Assembly: GCA_012295275.1 (NCBI GenBank)
Contig: CM022668.1
Span: 15,376,001 to 15,440,000 of the forward strand
Direction of reading: 5' to 3'
From: Chrysomallon squamiferum
Taxonomy: Eukaryota; Animalia; Mollusca
Length of the DNA stretch: 64,000 bases
The position numbers and the translations under genes are program-made. Shown piece after piece: positions 22,320-37,640 of the stretch. Below the pieces are notes generated by a model that worked only from the letters and a program-made list of their open reading frames with translations, ran no database searches and was not told the DNA's origin. Position 1 is the first letter of the stretch. Each line of letters opens with the position of its first letter.

Positions 22320-23361
22320 CTACAAAATAAATAAAATTAAAAACAACAAAAATGGTACTGTATTATGCTTCTGCAATGTATCACATTAGCTACAAGAACC
22401 TGTTAGTTGAGTATTACTTGAACTGTCATCGTGGTTGTCGTTATTCTTCTTGTTCTTTATCGTGTTTATACTATTTTGATAATGATGTTGTTGTTGATAT
22501 TGTTTCCCATCTATTATCGCTATTGTACTGATGGATGTTTCTCTTCGCGCATTTTTCTTTGGTTGTTTATTTGATTTTTTTTCTTTTTTTTGTCCTAATA
22601 TTTTTTCTGTCTGAATCGATAAGAAAGTCAATATATAGACCCCAATGCCATTCACAATATCAACAAAACATTAAAACATGTCATAAAATGTCGACAAAAT
22701 GGCCTCGAATAAATAACTGATATAGCTGTTACTTTTTAGAACGGAGGTGAATTTGCAGGATATAAATTTATATTTATTGATCTAGGCAGTCACTCGCCCC
22801 CTGTAAATCCCATTTTAAAGCATGTGAATCCTAAACATTTCTCAGATCAGATTATCTATATTTTATTATTCGATTGCATCCCTTTAAATTCGATAAAGCG
22901 GAAACGAGGCAGCACAATCAACAAAGCTGTTAAACTTCTGTAACCTTGATTTCCTTTATTAGATTAAACCAGGTTTAGCCAGAAGGCGTCAAAATCTCGT
23001 ACGTTTTTGACACGAAGTCTTTGCAGAATTTTTGCGTCACTCTTTGTCATCATAAGATTAATGAGCGAGAGTTCGTTGCTAAGAGTACATCGTTAGAGTG
23101 CAGTTAAATACAAATTATAACGATTTTCAAATGTTAACAAGGTTATGTAGTTTTATACAAATTCAGATAATATTTCATGGCGGATATAAGCATGTTTGTA
23201 GAGATTACTGAATCGGTACATTTGTTTTCTTCTTCTTCTTTTTTAAATGAAATATCCACTCTTCGATTACATGTACATTATAAAATATAACCAAATTTAT
23301 TTTTAAAATTATATTAAATTTATAGCGTTTTTAATGGATGTTTTATTTTATTTTATTATTA

Positions 23362-23409
<48 letters not shown>

Positions 23410-23529
23410 TTATTTTTCTCTCAAAATAATAAAGAAAATTGTAATTCAGTAAGACACGTATATAAATACTTATACCGAGTTGGCTAGAAAGTAAAATTGG
23501 CACGGTTTACATAATTAATTAATTAATTA

Positions 23530-23621
<92 letters not shown>

Positions 23622-24348
23622 CAAATGTTTCATAATGTTCATCACCAACGTGCAATATTATTTTATTCATACGATGTCTTTTGCCTGGGAGTATTTTTGC
23701 TGCGTAATCAATTTTCAGTCACAGCAAAAACGTAACTTCAAAGATTCGAGCGAGGAAACAAAGACAGATAAAAAAAAAAAAAAAAAAAAAAATAAAAAAA
23801 TCAGTCCCTTGGAGTATATTTGTTTCTAACTATTTTTAAACTAACTTTTCCGCAGCTGAATCTCTTTCATTAGAAAACATTCAGTTCCACGTAAATTCTG
23901 CCCACGTAGTTTGAACACAATATCTGTTAACAACGTATTTCTATCTGCCCCTTGGGCGCGACTACAGCTTAGTATTACGACAGCTTTGGAATGCAGCTAC
24001 ACTGAAAGGTTCAAAAGCTGGACTATTAGCTCTCTAATGTAAGCATTATTTGTACGGTGACCTTGCAAAGATAAGTGAAGGCATCCATTCCATTTTTTTT
24101 TTTTTTTTTTTTTTTTTTCGGTTGGATCGATGAACGGATAGTTGAAGATGATGGCTTAAAGGACGTAGGTTTTCAGATGTTGTTTTGTAAGAAAAGGAGC
24201 AGGGAATAAACAAGTATAAAAATAGTATGTTAGAATAAGATAATTAGATGTGTGTGTTGTATGACTGTTGTTTGTTTTTTTACACTTTATACGAAACAAA
24301 AGAAAAACTTTTATCAAGTAAGAGAAAAAGTATGTATTCCTAGATTTC

Positions 24349-24383
<35 letters not shown>

Positions 24384-24664
24384 TCATAATTCATTCTTTC
24401 ACTCATTCAGTCACATTGTTATATCTGTTAGACCAACCAGCATAAAGAAGAAGGCGAGCGCAGTCCGTTCGTCCTTGTATTGCTGCTTTCATTAGTGCTG
24501 TGAATCCCAGTTTGTTCTGGTGATCAATTCTGATACCCTTGTAGTCCTGTAGCAGAATCCGTACAACATCAGAATGACCTGAAACAAAACGAAAAACGAT
24601 ATATGTATGTCACGTGTGTAGAGGTAGATATCAGTGGACATGTATGTAAGTAGATGGCAAGCCA

Positions 24665-24750
<86 letters not shown>

Positions 24751-27700
24751 ATATTTAAGCATATGTAAAGCATTGTTGCTCAAAGACTGTCTTAAAATAA
24801 ACTATAGAGAGATAACTAATATTAAATTAAAAAAAAGAAGAAAATGGTGTCGTTGATGATGATGATGATAATTATTATTATCATCATCATTATTATGATT
24901 TAATATTATTTTAATTTTTAAATTTTTTATATATATATATTTATTTATTTTTGTAATTCTTTTTCGATTCATCATGAATTCCGCTCACATCAGTCGTATT
25001 CACGCGCTCTCATGCAGCTGACAGACTGTTTTAACTACGTAATTAGAGTAATGACGTGCAAGGGTTCTTCTGAATTGTCGCAGTGATGTCCTGTAACGCA
25101 GGAAATGAAATTTAAATACACAGTCTAGGAACACATTTTGCAAATTTAATTCATCGAAACTGGCTGGCTAGTATAACAGTTTAAGATAGAGCAGTTTTAC
25201 ATTTAAATACTGCCAGCGTTTACTTTTCTTCTCATCATCCTTCTTCAGTTTCTTATATTTTATATCATTTTATTTTATTTTCATTTATTTTAGTCCTCTT
25301 TTCCTTTGGAAATTAAGGAACAATTGACATCCTCGAATATTTTTTGCAGATCGATTTTAAAGTGCTTTTCTTTATCTTTTTTTTTTTTTTTTCTCCCTGA
25401 TACGAAAAATCTTCTTTTTTTTTTCTTTTTCAGTTTAATAAATAAGAAGAGAAAAAAAAAAGATTTTACTAAAGTGCGTCTCTTCTAAAATGACAGATTC
25501 CTTAGATTTGTTTCCACAAACGTCGTGTTCAAACTATGTTGGCTGAATTTAGATTAAATTGAAAAGCTTTTAATGAAAGATATTCATTTGTAGAAAATAT
25601 TAACCAGTTAGTACATCTTTGCTTGTGACCTCACATCATCTTCAATTCCAAGACTGGAATTACCTTTTTTATTATTATTTCTAATATATATATATACATA
25701 TACATATACATAACACGAAAAAAAAGAATTAAAATAAAATAAAGTAAATAAATAAATTATATATATTAATTATATAATTATATATGTATATAATTTATTT
25801 TAATTTAATTTTTTGTGTGTGTGTTTTTTTATTTATTTATTTGTTTTTTTTTTCTAGAACCTGGCAAATACCGGCTTCTATTTACATCTTCTTCTTTTCT
25901 AATTTATCCTCTGGAAAATTAACCCTAACGCTCTTTTAAGCGCATAACCTAATTTCTTATATGCATGCCACGATAGATATGCTTGAACCGTAAAGAATGT
26001 AAACCTGTTTCAGACGTTTGATTGACTGATTGATATTGCATTCTCTGTAACATTTTCTCTCACAGTTACAGATATTGTAAATTACAATTAATTTAATACG
26101 CGAGAACCCTGTGGCATACTGAACCTTGTTACTTTCACTAACATTCTCGAAAAAGCCAGCAAGCCGAGGCAAAGAGAGAAACCATTATGGTCGTTTAAAC
26201 AATTTGCAAAAAAGAATTTATTTCGAGCGATTGTCAATCACATCCGTTCGTAAAGATGTACTCACGTTTGATGGGCCCCCATTGTATCAGCTAATACAAA
26301 AACTGAAATTCTATTCAACTAAAAAAAAAAATTAACCCGGAATCCCGGTCATGTTTGGTAACAGCTTCTGCTATTGATTTTTCAGCAACATGTCTTCAAG
26401 AATCCATGCCTTACAAGTCCATGAAAAAAACAAAAAGAAAAAGAAAAAGCCCCATCTTTTCTATTCTAGTGTCTTCATTTTCAGATGGTAATGATAAATT
26501 TTTTTTTTTTTTTACAAAAGCTTTTGCTCTAATCATACATTTTCTATAGTGTCAGGCTGTCGAGAAGCGTTCAGAGTATTTACTTCTTGCAAATCTAGCA
26601 GATAAATGATTTAAGCGCTGGAAACGTGAAAGCAATTGCTGGCTTCGTTCTTTCGTGTCGAGGATTACGATGAAATTTGAAAGAGTTATTTCACTGATGC
26701 TGAATGAAGACAATGCGTTCATTTCTTCTTCTTTTTTTTTTCTGCTTGTAAACTACAGTTTAAAGCAGTCATCTTGAAAATAATTAAACAATTTTTTTGT
26801 TATATTTTTTTTTTTTTTTTTTCTCAGTTTTAAATTGTGAAATTCTCATTACAAGCAGTCATGGATTTGATTTTAATGCCAAATGGAAATGTAAAATGAT
26901 TTTGACGTTTTCAATTTCGATTCAATTCTTTTTTTTTTTTTTTTTTCTGCTATTTTATTTTTATTTGATATTGTTGTTGTTATTGCTGTTCATTTTTCTT
27001 TTTCTTTCTTTCTTTCTTTCTTATTATTATTATTATTATTATTTTCATTTTTCTTTCTTTGTTACTTTTATAAATATTACTCTTTTTTATTCTTTCTTTT
27101 ATTACTTTTGGTTGTAGAGTTCTAAGGAGAAATAAAAATCCAGTCATGGAAAACAAAATAAAATAATAATACTGGTGTATATAGGTATAGATAGATAGAT
27201 ATATAGATATATTGATAGGTAGATAGATAGATAGATAGAGAGATAGAGAGATATAGATAGATACACAGATAGAGATAGATAGACAGCTAGATAGACAGAC
27301 AGACAGATAGATAACTAGATAGATAGATAGATAGATAGTTGGTTGGTTGGTTGGTTGACTGATACATATATTTTTATTTTTGGATACGTGTATTTAAATA
27401 AATATTTCTATTACCACGTTTTGATAGTTGAATCAATAAAACAAACATATCCATATTTAGCTTCATGTGTTCATGGTAAGGAAGCATGGGTCTTAGTCTT
27501 TCATTTGTAACTTTATAATCGTGCTGAATACATCATCACATTTCTTAACTGTGCTTAACTGTTTACCTTTATGAATCTGAATTTGGTAGTACCTATGTGT
27601 ATGTGAGTGGGGGTGGGGTGTAGTTTGGGGGTACTCTTTACTTACAAAGCAATATCAAATCCATTAAAAATGCACACTTAATATCTCATATAAAACGCAT

Positions 27701-30700
27701 TGAATATACATATGAATAATAATCCCTTAAATGGTTAGTAGTAGTAGTAGTAGTAATAGCAGCAACAGCAGCAGCAGCAGCAATAGTAGTAGTAGTAGTA
27801 GTAGTAGTAGCAATAGTAGTAGTAGTAGTAGTAGTAGTAGTAGCAGCAGCAGCAATAGCGGCAGTAGTAGTAGTCAAATAGTTACAATTATGGATTATCG
27901 TGGAAAATAATACAAAGCTGTGAACAGGTCAAATACTATATAAGAAAAAAATAATAATAATAATAAGAAGAAAATAAAAAAATAGAAGTCATCATTAAAA
28001 AGAACCAACAACAAAAAAAGAACAACGAAACACTTGATAGTAATCCGAGACTTTAATGAACTAGAAGTATTCTTCATGAGGTGAGAGAAAAAAAAGAAGA
28101 CGAAGATGAACGCTGGAAAAAAGAAACTTGTTGTTCACAAGTGCTAATAAAGATATTAGTTAGAGTCAGCTTACAGATAAATCCAGAGATAAGATTTCTC
28201 AAGGTTTCAGGTTGAGAAAGAAAAAACAACAACAGTGAAATCTGCTAACACGATTTTTTTTCTGTCCTAGCACTTGTAAGAGAGGTTGTTTGGTTACACT
28301 GTTAGTTTGTCGTTTTGTTTTGTTTTGTTTTGCTTTGTTTTGTTTTGTTTTATTTTATTTGTTTATTTATTTATTTATTTATTTATTTTATTTGTTTGTT
28401 TATTTATTTATTTATTTAAATTTATTTTTAATTTTAATACTTTTGTTTTTACTTTACTTTTATTTTATTTTATTTACAATAACTTTACTATTATCAAACT
28501 AGAAACGAAGACATTTTACTTTAAAAAAAAAAAGTATAGGATAAAAATGCAATGTCAGTGTCCTCCTTTTCAATCAGTATTAATGAAAATCAACAGTTAA
28601 TTTTGACCCATCCCTTCTAACAGCAATCGGTCCTTGGAGAATTACTCTGTATTTCCCTATCTCACGAAACAAGCACACAAAACGGAGAACACAGACGAAA
28701 GATATATACCTATTTGCACTGCAAGCTTTCCCAGGAGACGACACATCGAAAAAAACCCAATGCTTTTCTACGAAACGCTCGCCCACCTCTCGAATTTAAT
28801 AATGTCTGAAGTTATTATTTGATGGATGATATTCCCAAAACGAACGTATATAAGAAAATTTGAAATATCAAACCCCGAGAAATCGCCTTCTCAAAATTTA
28901 GATTAGAGTTTATGCCGTTATATTTACCCAGAGGGTTTTCATTGAAATATTATTCAATAATATCGCTGCTGATCTTTTCCATGGTGGCCAGATATCGATA
29001 AAATGGCCGTTTCATTTTATTTTTTTTTTTCCTTCTTATTCTCTTCCTAATTTTCGTTCCTAATTTTCATTTCAAACTATTTCAGTGGTGTTTGAAATCC
29101 GTGTAATGTAAATATAAGCTGTCCAAGGCTGTGATGAAGATGTTTATTTTTTATGAGGGAAGGAGATATTGTAAATACCAAGAACTGAACAGTATGTACA
29201 CAGTAATTAAAATGTAGTTAAGGTGTCTTCTGAAATTACTTCGTAATGACTGGGTACCACATAATAGTAGCTTCAAAGAATAATAAGAAAGGATTTTCTC
29301 TTTCTTTTGTATTTTTTCTTTTCTAATTTTCTCACTCTCCCAGTATTGACCTGTCTTTGTCTCTATGTCTCCCAGTGTCGATCTATTTTTTCTATATGTG
29401 GGTATTTATTGCTTATATATATATATACTTATTTATCTTCGAAAAAGCTGCATTGTTGTAAGAATAATTCCATATAAACAAGAGCCAGTATTTGAAACTT
29501 CAAAATAATAGCAAAAAGAAGTAAGTGGAAATTATACAGTGAATAAGACATTTTCATGAAAATAAATAACAGGCAACATGTGTGCGAGCCAGTTAATCGT
29601 AGAATCAAAGATTTTTCTTTACACGACAAACAAATTAAATAAACTTGTGTTATTTATTCTTTGATGAATACTTTTGACCTTCAGGACATCGGTTTTCCGT
29701 ATATAGGAAAATCTGGAAAAAAATCAGGTAATTTGAACTTACCGCCATTTCCCACTTGAAACCTCGCCTGTTCTTAGTATTAAGTTATTCTCACTTCCAC
29801 TGTATGATCAGGACAACCCTCTCTCAACCCAATTACCATCAAGGTAAGAGTAAAATTTTACAACTGCACCCATAACCATCCTAACTTACAAACTTCAACC
29901 AACCTAAACTACATTTTTCTTTGCATATACTGTATGACATTTATTTACATTGTTGTTATGCCTGTACATTGTTCTTACATTTTTTTTTATATATTACTGT
30001 AATATACCCAGCTGTTATAGATGTACTAAAGTTTAATGTTTCGGTAAATTTCATTTACGTTATTCCGTGAAATCGGGGGGCTCAGCAATACTACTCGAAA
30101 TGCTCCATTATTTTTTGAAGCACACTAACTGTGCTCAGGATATTAATTTAATTTCAGCTGCAAGTGATTACATGGTGTGTCAGTTTAATTTGGGACCCGG
30201 CATTCATCCACGGCTTCGTTCAATTAACCCCCGACTGAAATTTACGTCCTACATTTCAATAGCACATTAAATTATTTACAATGAATTGCCACGATTCTGG
30301 AGAAGTGGGTGTGTGTGCTTTGAATAAAATAGCTGCCTAAACATTATTTTATCTGATTATTATCTTTATTATTAGTAGCAGTAGTAGTTGTAGTAGATGT
30401 AATAGTAGTAGTAGTGGTTGTTGTTGTTGTAGTTGTAGTAGATGTAGTAGTAGCAGTAGTAACAAGTATTTATTTATTATTATTTATTTATTCAGTTATT
30501 ATTATTATTGTTATCATTATTATCATCAACATCATCATTATTACATTGTTGCTGTTGTTGTTGTAGTTATCATATTCTTTTATTTATGTATTTATTTTGT
30601 TTTATTAAACTTCGGAATGACTAATTTCACTTTCTTCTCCTTTTCTTTATCTTTTTCTTTACTTATTTATTTATATATATTTTTTTTCATATCATTTTTT

Positions 30701-30924
30701 GCTAATAATAAAATACCAAAAAAAAATATAAATAATAATAATAAAATAAATAAATAAAAATAGTAAAACAAATCGATGATAAACTGTTGTGCAGGTAATC
30801 TACATTTACACAAACGCACGCGCACGCTGACACACACTCTATACGTACATATGTATAATAATAACACCATTTTACAGAAATGTGTATTTATATATGTAGC
30901 AAATATAACGAGAACAGTGAGATG

Positions 30925-31009
<85 letters not shown>

Positions 31010-31983
31010 TAGATGGGACGGAGGGCGTGTTGTTTGAGTACCTGTGAAAGAGAAAATATACGTGAAATAAACTAAAATCATTAACTCGTACGTTTCTAAC
31101 TTTTCCTTGAAATGGCAATCCAGAGCGTGACGGTCATCGCATGGTTTGAATTCAGTTGGCATAAATACGTAAACATGTAAAATATGCATATCTCTTGCCG
31201 AAGGTTACGTCCAACTTGAACTTTAATTAACAACTTGCGGCAGGGGATACATAAAACATCAACCAGTCAGTTACTTCGCTTTTCGTTGCACTTAGATCTT
31301 TCGAGAATGTTCTCGAAAATCATTTCGACAGAATATTTAAACCCTTAACACATTCAAACGCTTACGACAAAATGCGACAGAAAGAAAGTATTCCCACCTA
31401 ACCCATTCCCACCTACTCGGCCATCTCGTCGGTGGGTGATATACGTGGTCGGTACATCATCATTTGCAATAATTGGACACTTTTATTTTTTCATTCCGCG
31501 CTCATGAATATCCGCGTCATCGCCAAAGTTACGCCAGACTTACGGTTAAAAATAATGAGCGTACGCTAATGCAGTTCTCTAGACGGGATGTCTAAGGGTA
31601 ATTAAAATAAATATGCTTCAACGAAACTTCCTGAAATTTAATTTTCTCCCTGACTGCCGAACCTGGTTATGGATTTCCCACAGGGAACTGCTGATGAAGT
31701 TTGTTGTCACATTTCTATGATGTTGAATGATAAGCTTGTCTCGAATTTGGTTTTCGTCTTGTCTTGAAGGCTCGAGTTGTAACAGGCAGAAAGAAGTCTG
31801 GCGTCTGTCCTATTCCGAGTTCGAATCTCTCTCTCTCTCTCTGCAGCACACACAGAATATACTTGCAAACTGTCTAAATGTATTTCAGTGATTTTCATTA
31901 ACATAATTTGATTATGTATTATTTAATAATAAATTAAAATACTACTACTAACAATAATAATAATAACAATATTACCAATAATA

Positions 31984-32019
<36 letters not shown>

Positions 32020-33652
32020 TGAAAAATACTGAACCTGCTCAATGAATAAAGAAAATGGCGATTTTCTATTTTTTAATTTTTTATTCATTTAACTTTTTTC
32101 GTTTTATTTTATTTTATTTTATTTTTTTGTTGTTGTTGTTGTTTTACTGGCCTTTAAAAACGAGCCATAATTATTAGATTGGAAATATCCACTGAAAATT
32201 AATAGCATTATAAAAAAAGATTGCATGATACCATTTTATTACATGAATGTTTTATGTTTTTTATGCAATGTCAGCGCCATAAAACAAAGACTTCGAGTAT
32301 TTTCATTTGACATGTCGTCTGCTCAGATGTGACCTAATTCAAGAGTACAGCAGCACTTGCACATTTCATTTGAGACAAACGTTTGATGTGCAGTATTTTT
32401 CTTTACGTACAAAAAAAGTTATATTACGAAAGTAGTACTTCATGGCTGTACTGTTTATTACAGATTTTGGATTCACTATTTTTGTAGTCCATTTTTTTTT
32501 TTTTTATCTCAATTTCTTATATGTCTAAAACATGACGAGTTTAATTTCGTTATGGTCATCAGCGGTCAACATTCTGCAATGTCGTGAATATTTGACGTTA
32601 TAAATCGTTAGCTAAATTAAACGGTCATCTTAAAATAGCAACTGCAAGATAAATATATAACGATCAGATGTTACGTCGTGTTTAGGAGTACATTATCTGG
32701 TTACATCTGTTATATAGTTAATGTGAGCTGTAAAATAAAACCATATAATTCTGGGGGGTATGTTCTTCTTGCTCGAGCTTTTTTTTTTTTTTTTTTAACT
32801 AAATAAATAGATAGATAAATAAATAAATAACAGCAGTTAGTAAGCATGATCTAAGTAAGTCACGACATGACACATCACAACAAACCAGAGATTGACACAA
32901 TTACGTTAATGAAAATTCTACGAGAACCAGTGGCAAGATAATTAAAACACATCAGAAGTAAAATGCTTTGACCTTTTCAAGTTCGGTTTTTCTCTTGACA
33001 AACAAAATCGACTTTTCAACCCATTTCGTGTTCGACTTTCTGCTGATTTTTTGATGTTAGCCAGTACATCTGCATTAAGTAAAGCGAGTAGGGCTTCGTT
33101 AATAGACTTCAACATGAATGACAATAGACTACTGAAATGCTCTCGTGTTTCGAACACATAAAGTACATCATGTACATAGACAGTGCTATTACTTTTCCAA
33201 TAACCTTTCTGAACAGCGGAAAGAACCCACAAATGATGAACGACCGTAAAGGGCTTTTTATACTGGGCTCTACTTTATTCTTTTTTTTTTTTTTTTTTCT
33301 TGAAGATATCATAAACATATTTATGCACGTTATTTCACTATTAAATCATCACTTCATTTTTTTTTTTTTTTTTTTTTTTTTTTTAGGCTTGTTTATGTTA
33401 TACTTGGACTTATTAATATTTATACTTACATAATTTCTGTTATTACTACACCACTGCTACTACTACCACTACAACAACAACGACTAATGTTACAGCAATT
33501 ACTGCTCTGCTTCTGTCACTATGTTATTGCTTATGTAATTACTAAACAGTTTATATATTATAGATAATTAGATAGAAAATAGTAATACTAGCAATACTAA
33601 TAACAGTAATACAACAACTACAACAACAAAATCTACTATTAGTACAACCACC

Positions 33653-33683
<31 letters not shown>

Positions 33684-36322
33684 TCACGGCCACTATATAA
33701 GCCATCAATCAAACGATAATGAAGACATTATTGAATGAAAAGTACATTCGATAGTTCAATGTCAACTTATAAACCGCGGACAGTTTATTAGTCCGATTCT
33801 GTTTTACCATCCATCAATTCTCCGTTGTCTTAATAATTAATTTTGAAATCCATCCATAAAAAAGAACAAAGGAAAACATAACAAAAATATGTGCCCAGAT
33901 TGGAAGAAATGTGATAAACCATATAAGAAGAGACAAGAGTGCAAAAGAAAAAAAGTAAAAAGAAAAAGAATAAAAAAAAAAAAAAAGTAAGAAAGAAAAA
34001 GAGAGAAAAAAAGAAAATGCACGTTACTAGACAGTATAATGAATATCGATTTACCTGAAGCCAAACATGGCAGAAAATTGAAAAAGCGTTTACCGTCATT
34101 TCTAGAATGTGCCAATATTTTTCAAGAAAGAATCTAATTGCATCCCATGTACTTGTAGAAAGAAGAAGATCGATGTTTATCGATATATCTTGAACAAAAA
34201 AAATTATCCTAAATTTTGTCTGCATTCCTTTGTTGGTATCTGAATGTATGTTTTAACTATGACGTAACACAATTGATGACGTTGTTTTATTGTTCGGCGG
34301 TAGTCGTACAAATGTTCGACTGTTGTCGTGAACAAAAATTAATAACAGCAACTAGATAATAAATAAATAAATAAATAAACATACAGTCTGACAAATAACA
34401 TTAATAAGAAGAATGACAAAAGTATAAAAGATAGTTTTAAAGGGTAGGTTATAATCATATATACGTGTGTCTTTGTGTAATGACCAGTGAAGACAAAGTT
34501 GTTAAAAAAAACTGGTAAATATCTGTTAATGGGTTTTATTTTGTTTCAATACAGTTTTATTAATACGTATCAGTTTATCCGTCTGTCCCATTATCCATCC
34601 ATCCACAATACAAAACTCATGCACTATCTTCCTCTCTATATCTCTTTCTTTCTTTCATTCTTGCTGTCATTCACTAAGTCTCTCTTCCTTTATATATATA
34701 TATATATATATATCTAATTTCTCTCTCTCTTTCTTTCACGCTTTTTTCACAAAATCTATTTCACTTTTTCTCCCTTTCTCTTTCTCTCTATCTCTCTTTC
34801 ACTATATCTCTCTTTCTCTTTCTCTTTTTCTCCATTTAGCTCGTCAGTTTTCTTCTTTTTTTTTCACACAAGACAGCAGAATATCTAGTCAATAAACTAC
34901 GCCAAACATGAGAAAATAAACCGAGGACTGCAATACCGCACGATGTCATGTCATATCTGAATACCCAGCTCACTGCACAGTCTATATTGCGGTAATAAAA
35001 TATTTCTCAATGAGAAGATCCGTAAGGCACGGAAGCCAAAGAATGGTAAACGCGGCAAGACGGATAATTGGAAATAGACCGATTTTCGGAGGGTTGTAAA
35101 AACAGATGTAATTACGAGTCGTATTGGTATTGCTGGGGGCGAAGGAAAATCATCTGAATTCTTTAGTAAATTAGTTTTCTAAACTGCACGGGCCGAGTGT
35201 GTGTGTACAGATGTTGTTAATGTACCTATTTACTCGTCTCTTGATACGTCAGTACATTAACCTTTCCTTTTTTTATCTTATTTATTTTTATTTTTATTTA
35301 TATGATAGCTTCCATAAACCGAAAGAATCTAATCTATATTTAACCCTTATATTCATGTCTGTGTTATGTATGTATGAACATATATACGTGTGTATGTATA
35401 TATGTATATATGTATGCATGTATGCACGTACGTATGTATGTATATATGTATGTATGTATGTATATATTTACATAGTATACGTATCTGTATATAAATGCAT
35501 GCTTATATTTATATATGTATATATGAACGAATTGCATGTAGCTTACAGTTAAATTCTATATGGTCGAATCGACGAAAGTAAAGATCGTATTTATAATGTA
35601 ATCTTCCTAAAATACCATTATGATTATCCTGACCTGCAGTACATTATCCTCACCTATAGTTACCATAATACACAAACTGCAGTGTGATAAGCATGTACTA
35701 GCTATAGGGTTAAATCAAATAGCGGTAGTGTTTCTGAATGGTTCACTATAAACCTGATACACAAAAACAAATAAACCTGATCAAAAAAAAGAGAAAAATT
35801 AAATTTTTTGAAACTGTTTGTCCTGGTACTGAAGTATAAAGGCCATAGTGTTTGAGAAAGTTTGTCACTGAAAATGATGTCCATGTTGTCAAAATAATAA
35901 TGAATGACAAAGAAATTAAATTTTATAAATCAACTGAACACCTTTAACTTCAGGTTTCTCCGAAAACATTTCACTTTTAGACGTTCTCTGAAACTCTTTA
36001 TCTTTGAATTTCCTTGAAAACTTTTAATTTGGGTTCTTCTTAAAACCTTCAACTCTGAATTTCTCAGAAAAATCGTTTTACTGTGATTTTCTTGGAATCT
36101 GAAAACGAACACATCACACGCGTTCTGTAAACACTCGATACGGTTACGAATCTTTTGGGAATTCTTGCACTTGCTTCGTTATGGATCTAGTAAGAATCTG
36201 ATCCGAGTTTTTTGTAAGTGATAGGGAATGCCAGACGCGACAAGACGGGAAATTTGAAATAAGCTCTCTTTTGAGGGGTATAAAAGTAACTGTAATTACA
36301 GACAGAATTGACAGCGCCACGA

Positions 36323-36357
<35 letters not shown>

Positions 36358-37439
36358 CTGTCTGCTATAACTAATATTTATGAGGGTAAATTGAAGAAAC
36401 TGTCTTGTGCACTATTTTAACTTCGCCGAATTATATTCAGTACACCAGAGGGACACCTGAACGTCATCGTTATTATTCAGGTTGCATCCAGGAAGGTTCG
36501 GATATTCTCATAAACTCGAATATAAGTTGAATTTATGCAGCGAACAGATAGATTAAAACGGAAAATAACGACGTACGTGAAACCTTTGATTAACAGAGCG
36601 TAACAACGGCAAGACATTTTCTGCAGTTTAGAACGCACACAAAGGGCACGCAACTCTGCCTTGACACCAATAAGTACTTTGAAATAACTCTATGAACAGC
36701 ACACACCAAAGACAACCCCAGCTTCGCTTGTCAAATTAATTAACAATGAATTGGTATTTTCTTGTCTCCTGCTGAATGCACAAACACAGCACATTACTCA
36801 AGAAAGATCTGTCTTCCACAAACAGAGAAAGATTTCCGCTCGACAGAGGCGCTATTGATATAAACTGCTCCAAATGGCTCTGTCTGAAGTAATTTCCTGC
36901 ACTTTAGGCCTGCAGCTTCGCAATGTTTATTATAAATGTTTAGTACGTGGACGTGTTTATTTATGAATATTTACGTGAAAGCATACGATGAATGTTTACC
37001 ACAGTGTACAGGCCCTGTAGGATGAAAGTGTTTTATTACGAATATTAGGTGAAAGCCACGGCCCGCAGACTGGCAATATTTGTCATGAATGTTTAGGATG
37101 ATGGTATTCATTATGAATGTTTAGCAGTGTGTATGTGGCCTGTAGAATGAAAGTGTTTATTATGAATGTTTAGCGGGATGTATGGGGCCAGTAGAATGGA
37201 AGTACTTAATACCCTAACCAAGATTAAGAAGGGTGAGCTACAGATTCTGTTCTTAGTGCTTACCAGCCTGAGCGGCAAAAATCAGCGGCGTGTTTCCCTC
37301 CTTGTCGGGAATGTTCGGATCGAGTTCGGGTATTTCCGACAACATTTCAATGACTGGAACGAGGCCAGCCGCACTGACGTAACTAAGTCCTGTCTGTAAA
37401 AATAATAACAATAACAATAACAATAATAATAATAATAAC

Positions 37440-37474
<35 letters not shown>

Positions 37475-37591
37475 CGACAACAACAGTAAGAATAAGACTC
37501 ATACTATAGCTGCAGTAATAATAATGATGATGATGACGATCATGAAAATAATGATAACCACAATGCCAATAAGAACATCAACAACAACAGT

Positions 37592-37640
<49 letters not shown>

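Noticed and set aside
19414-22890. TTAAAGG...CCTTTAA Kolobok-like termini
   Set aside because: Could not pair matching inverted ends beyond a few bases, and the span includes a host exon.
24492-24773. 93-aa minus-strand ORF
   Set aside because: Wrong frame over the real exon 24578-24438, extended by a (CT)n repeat.
37166-37399. 77-aa plus-strand ORF
   Set aside because: Antisense to an ankyrin exon plus adjacent tandem repeat.
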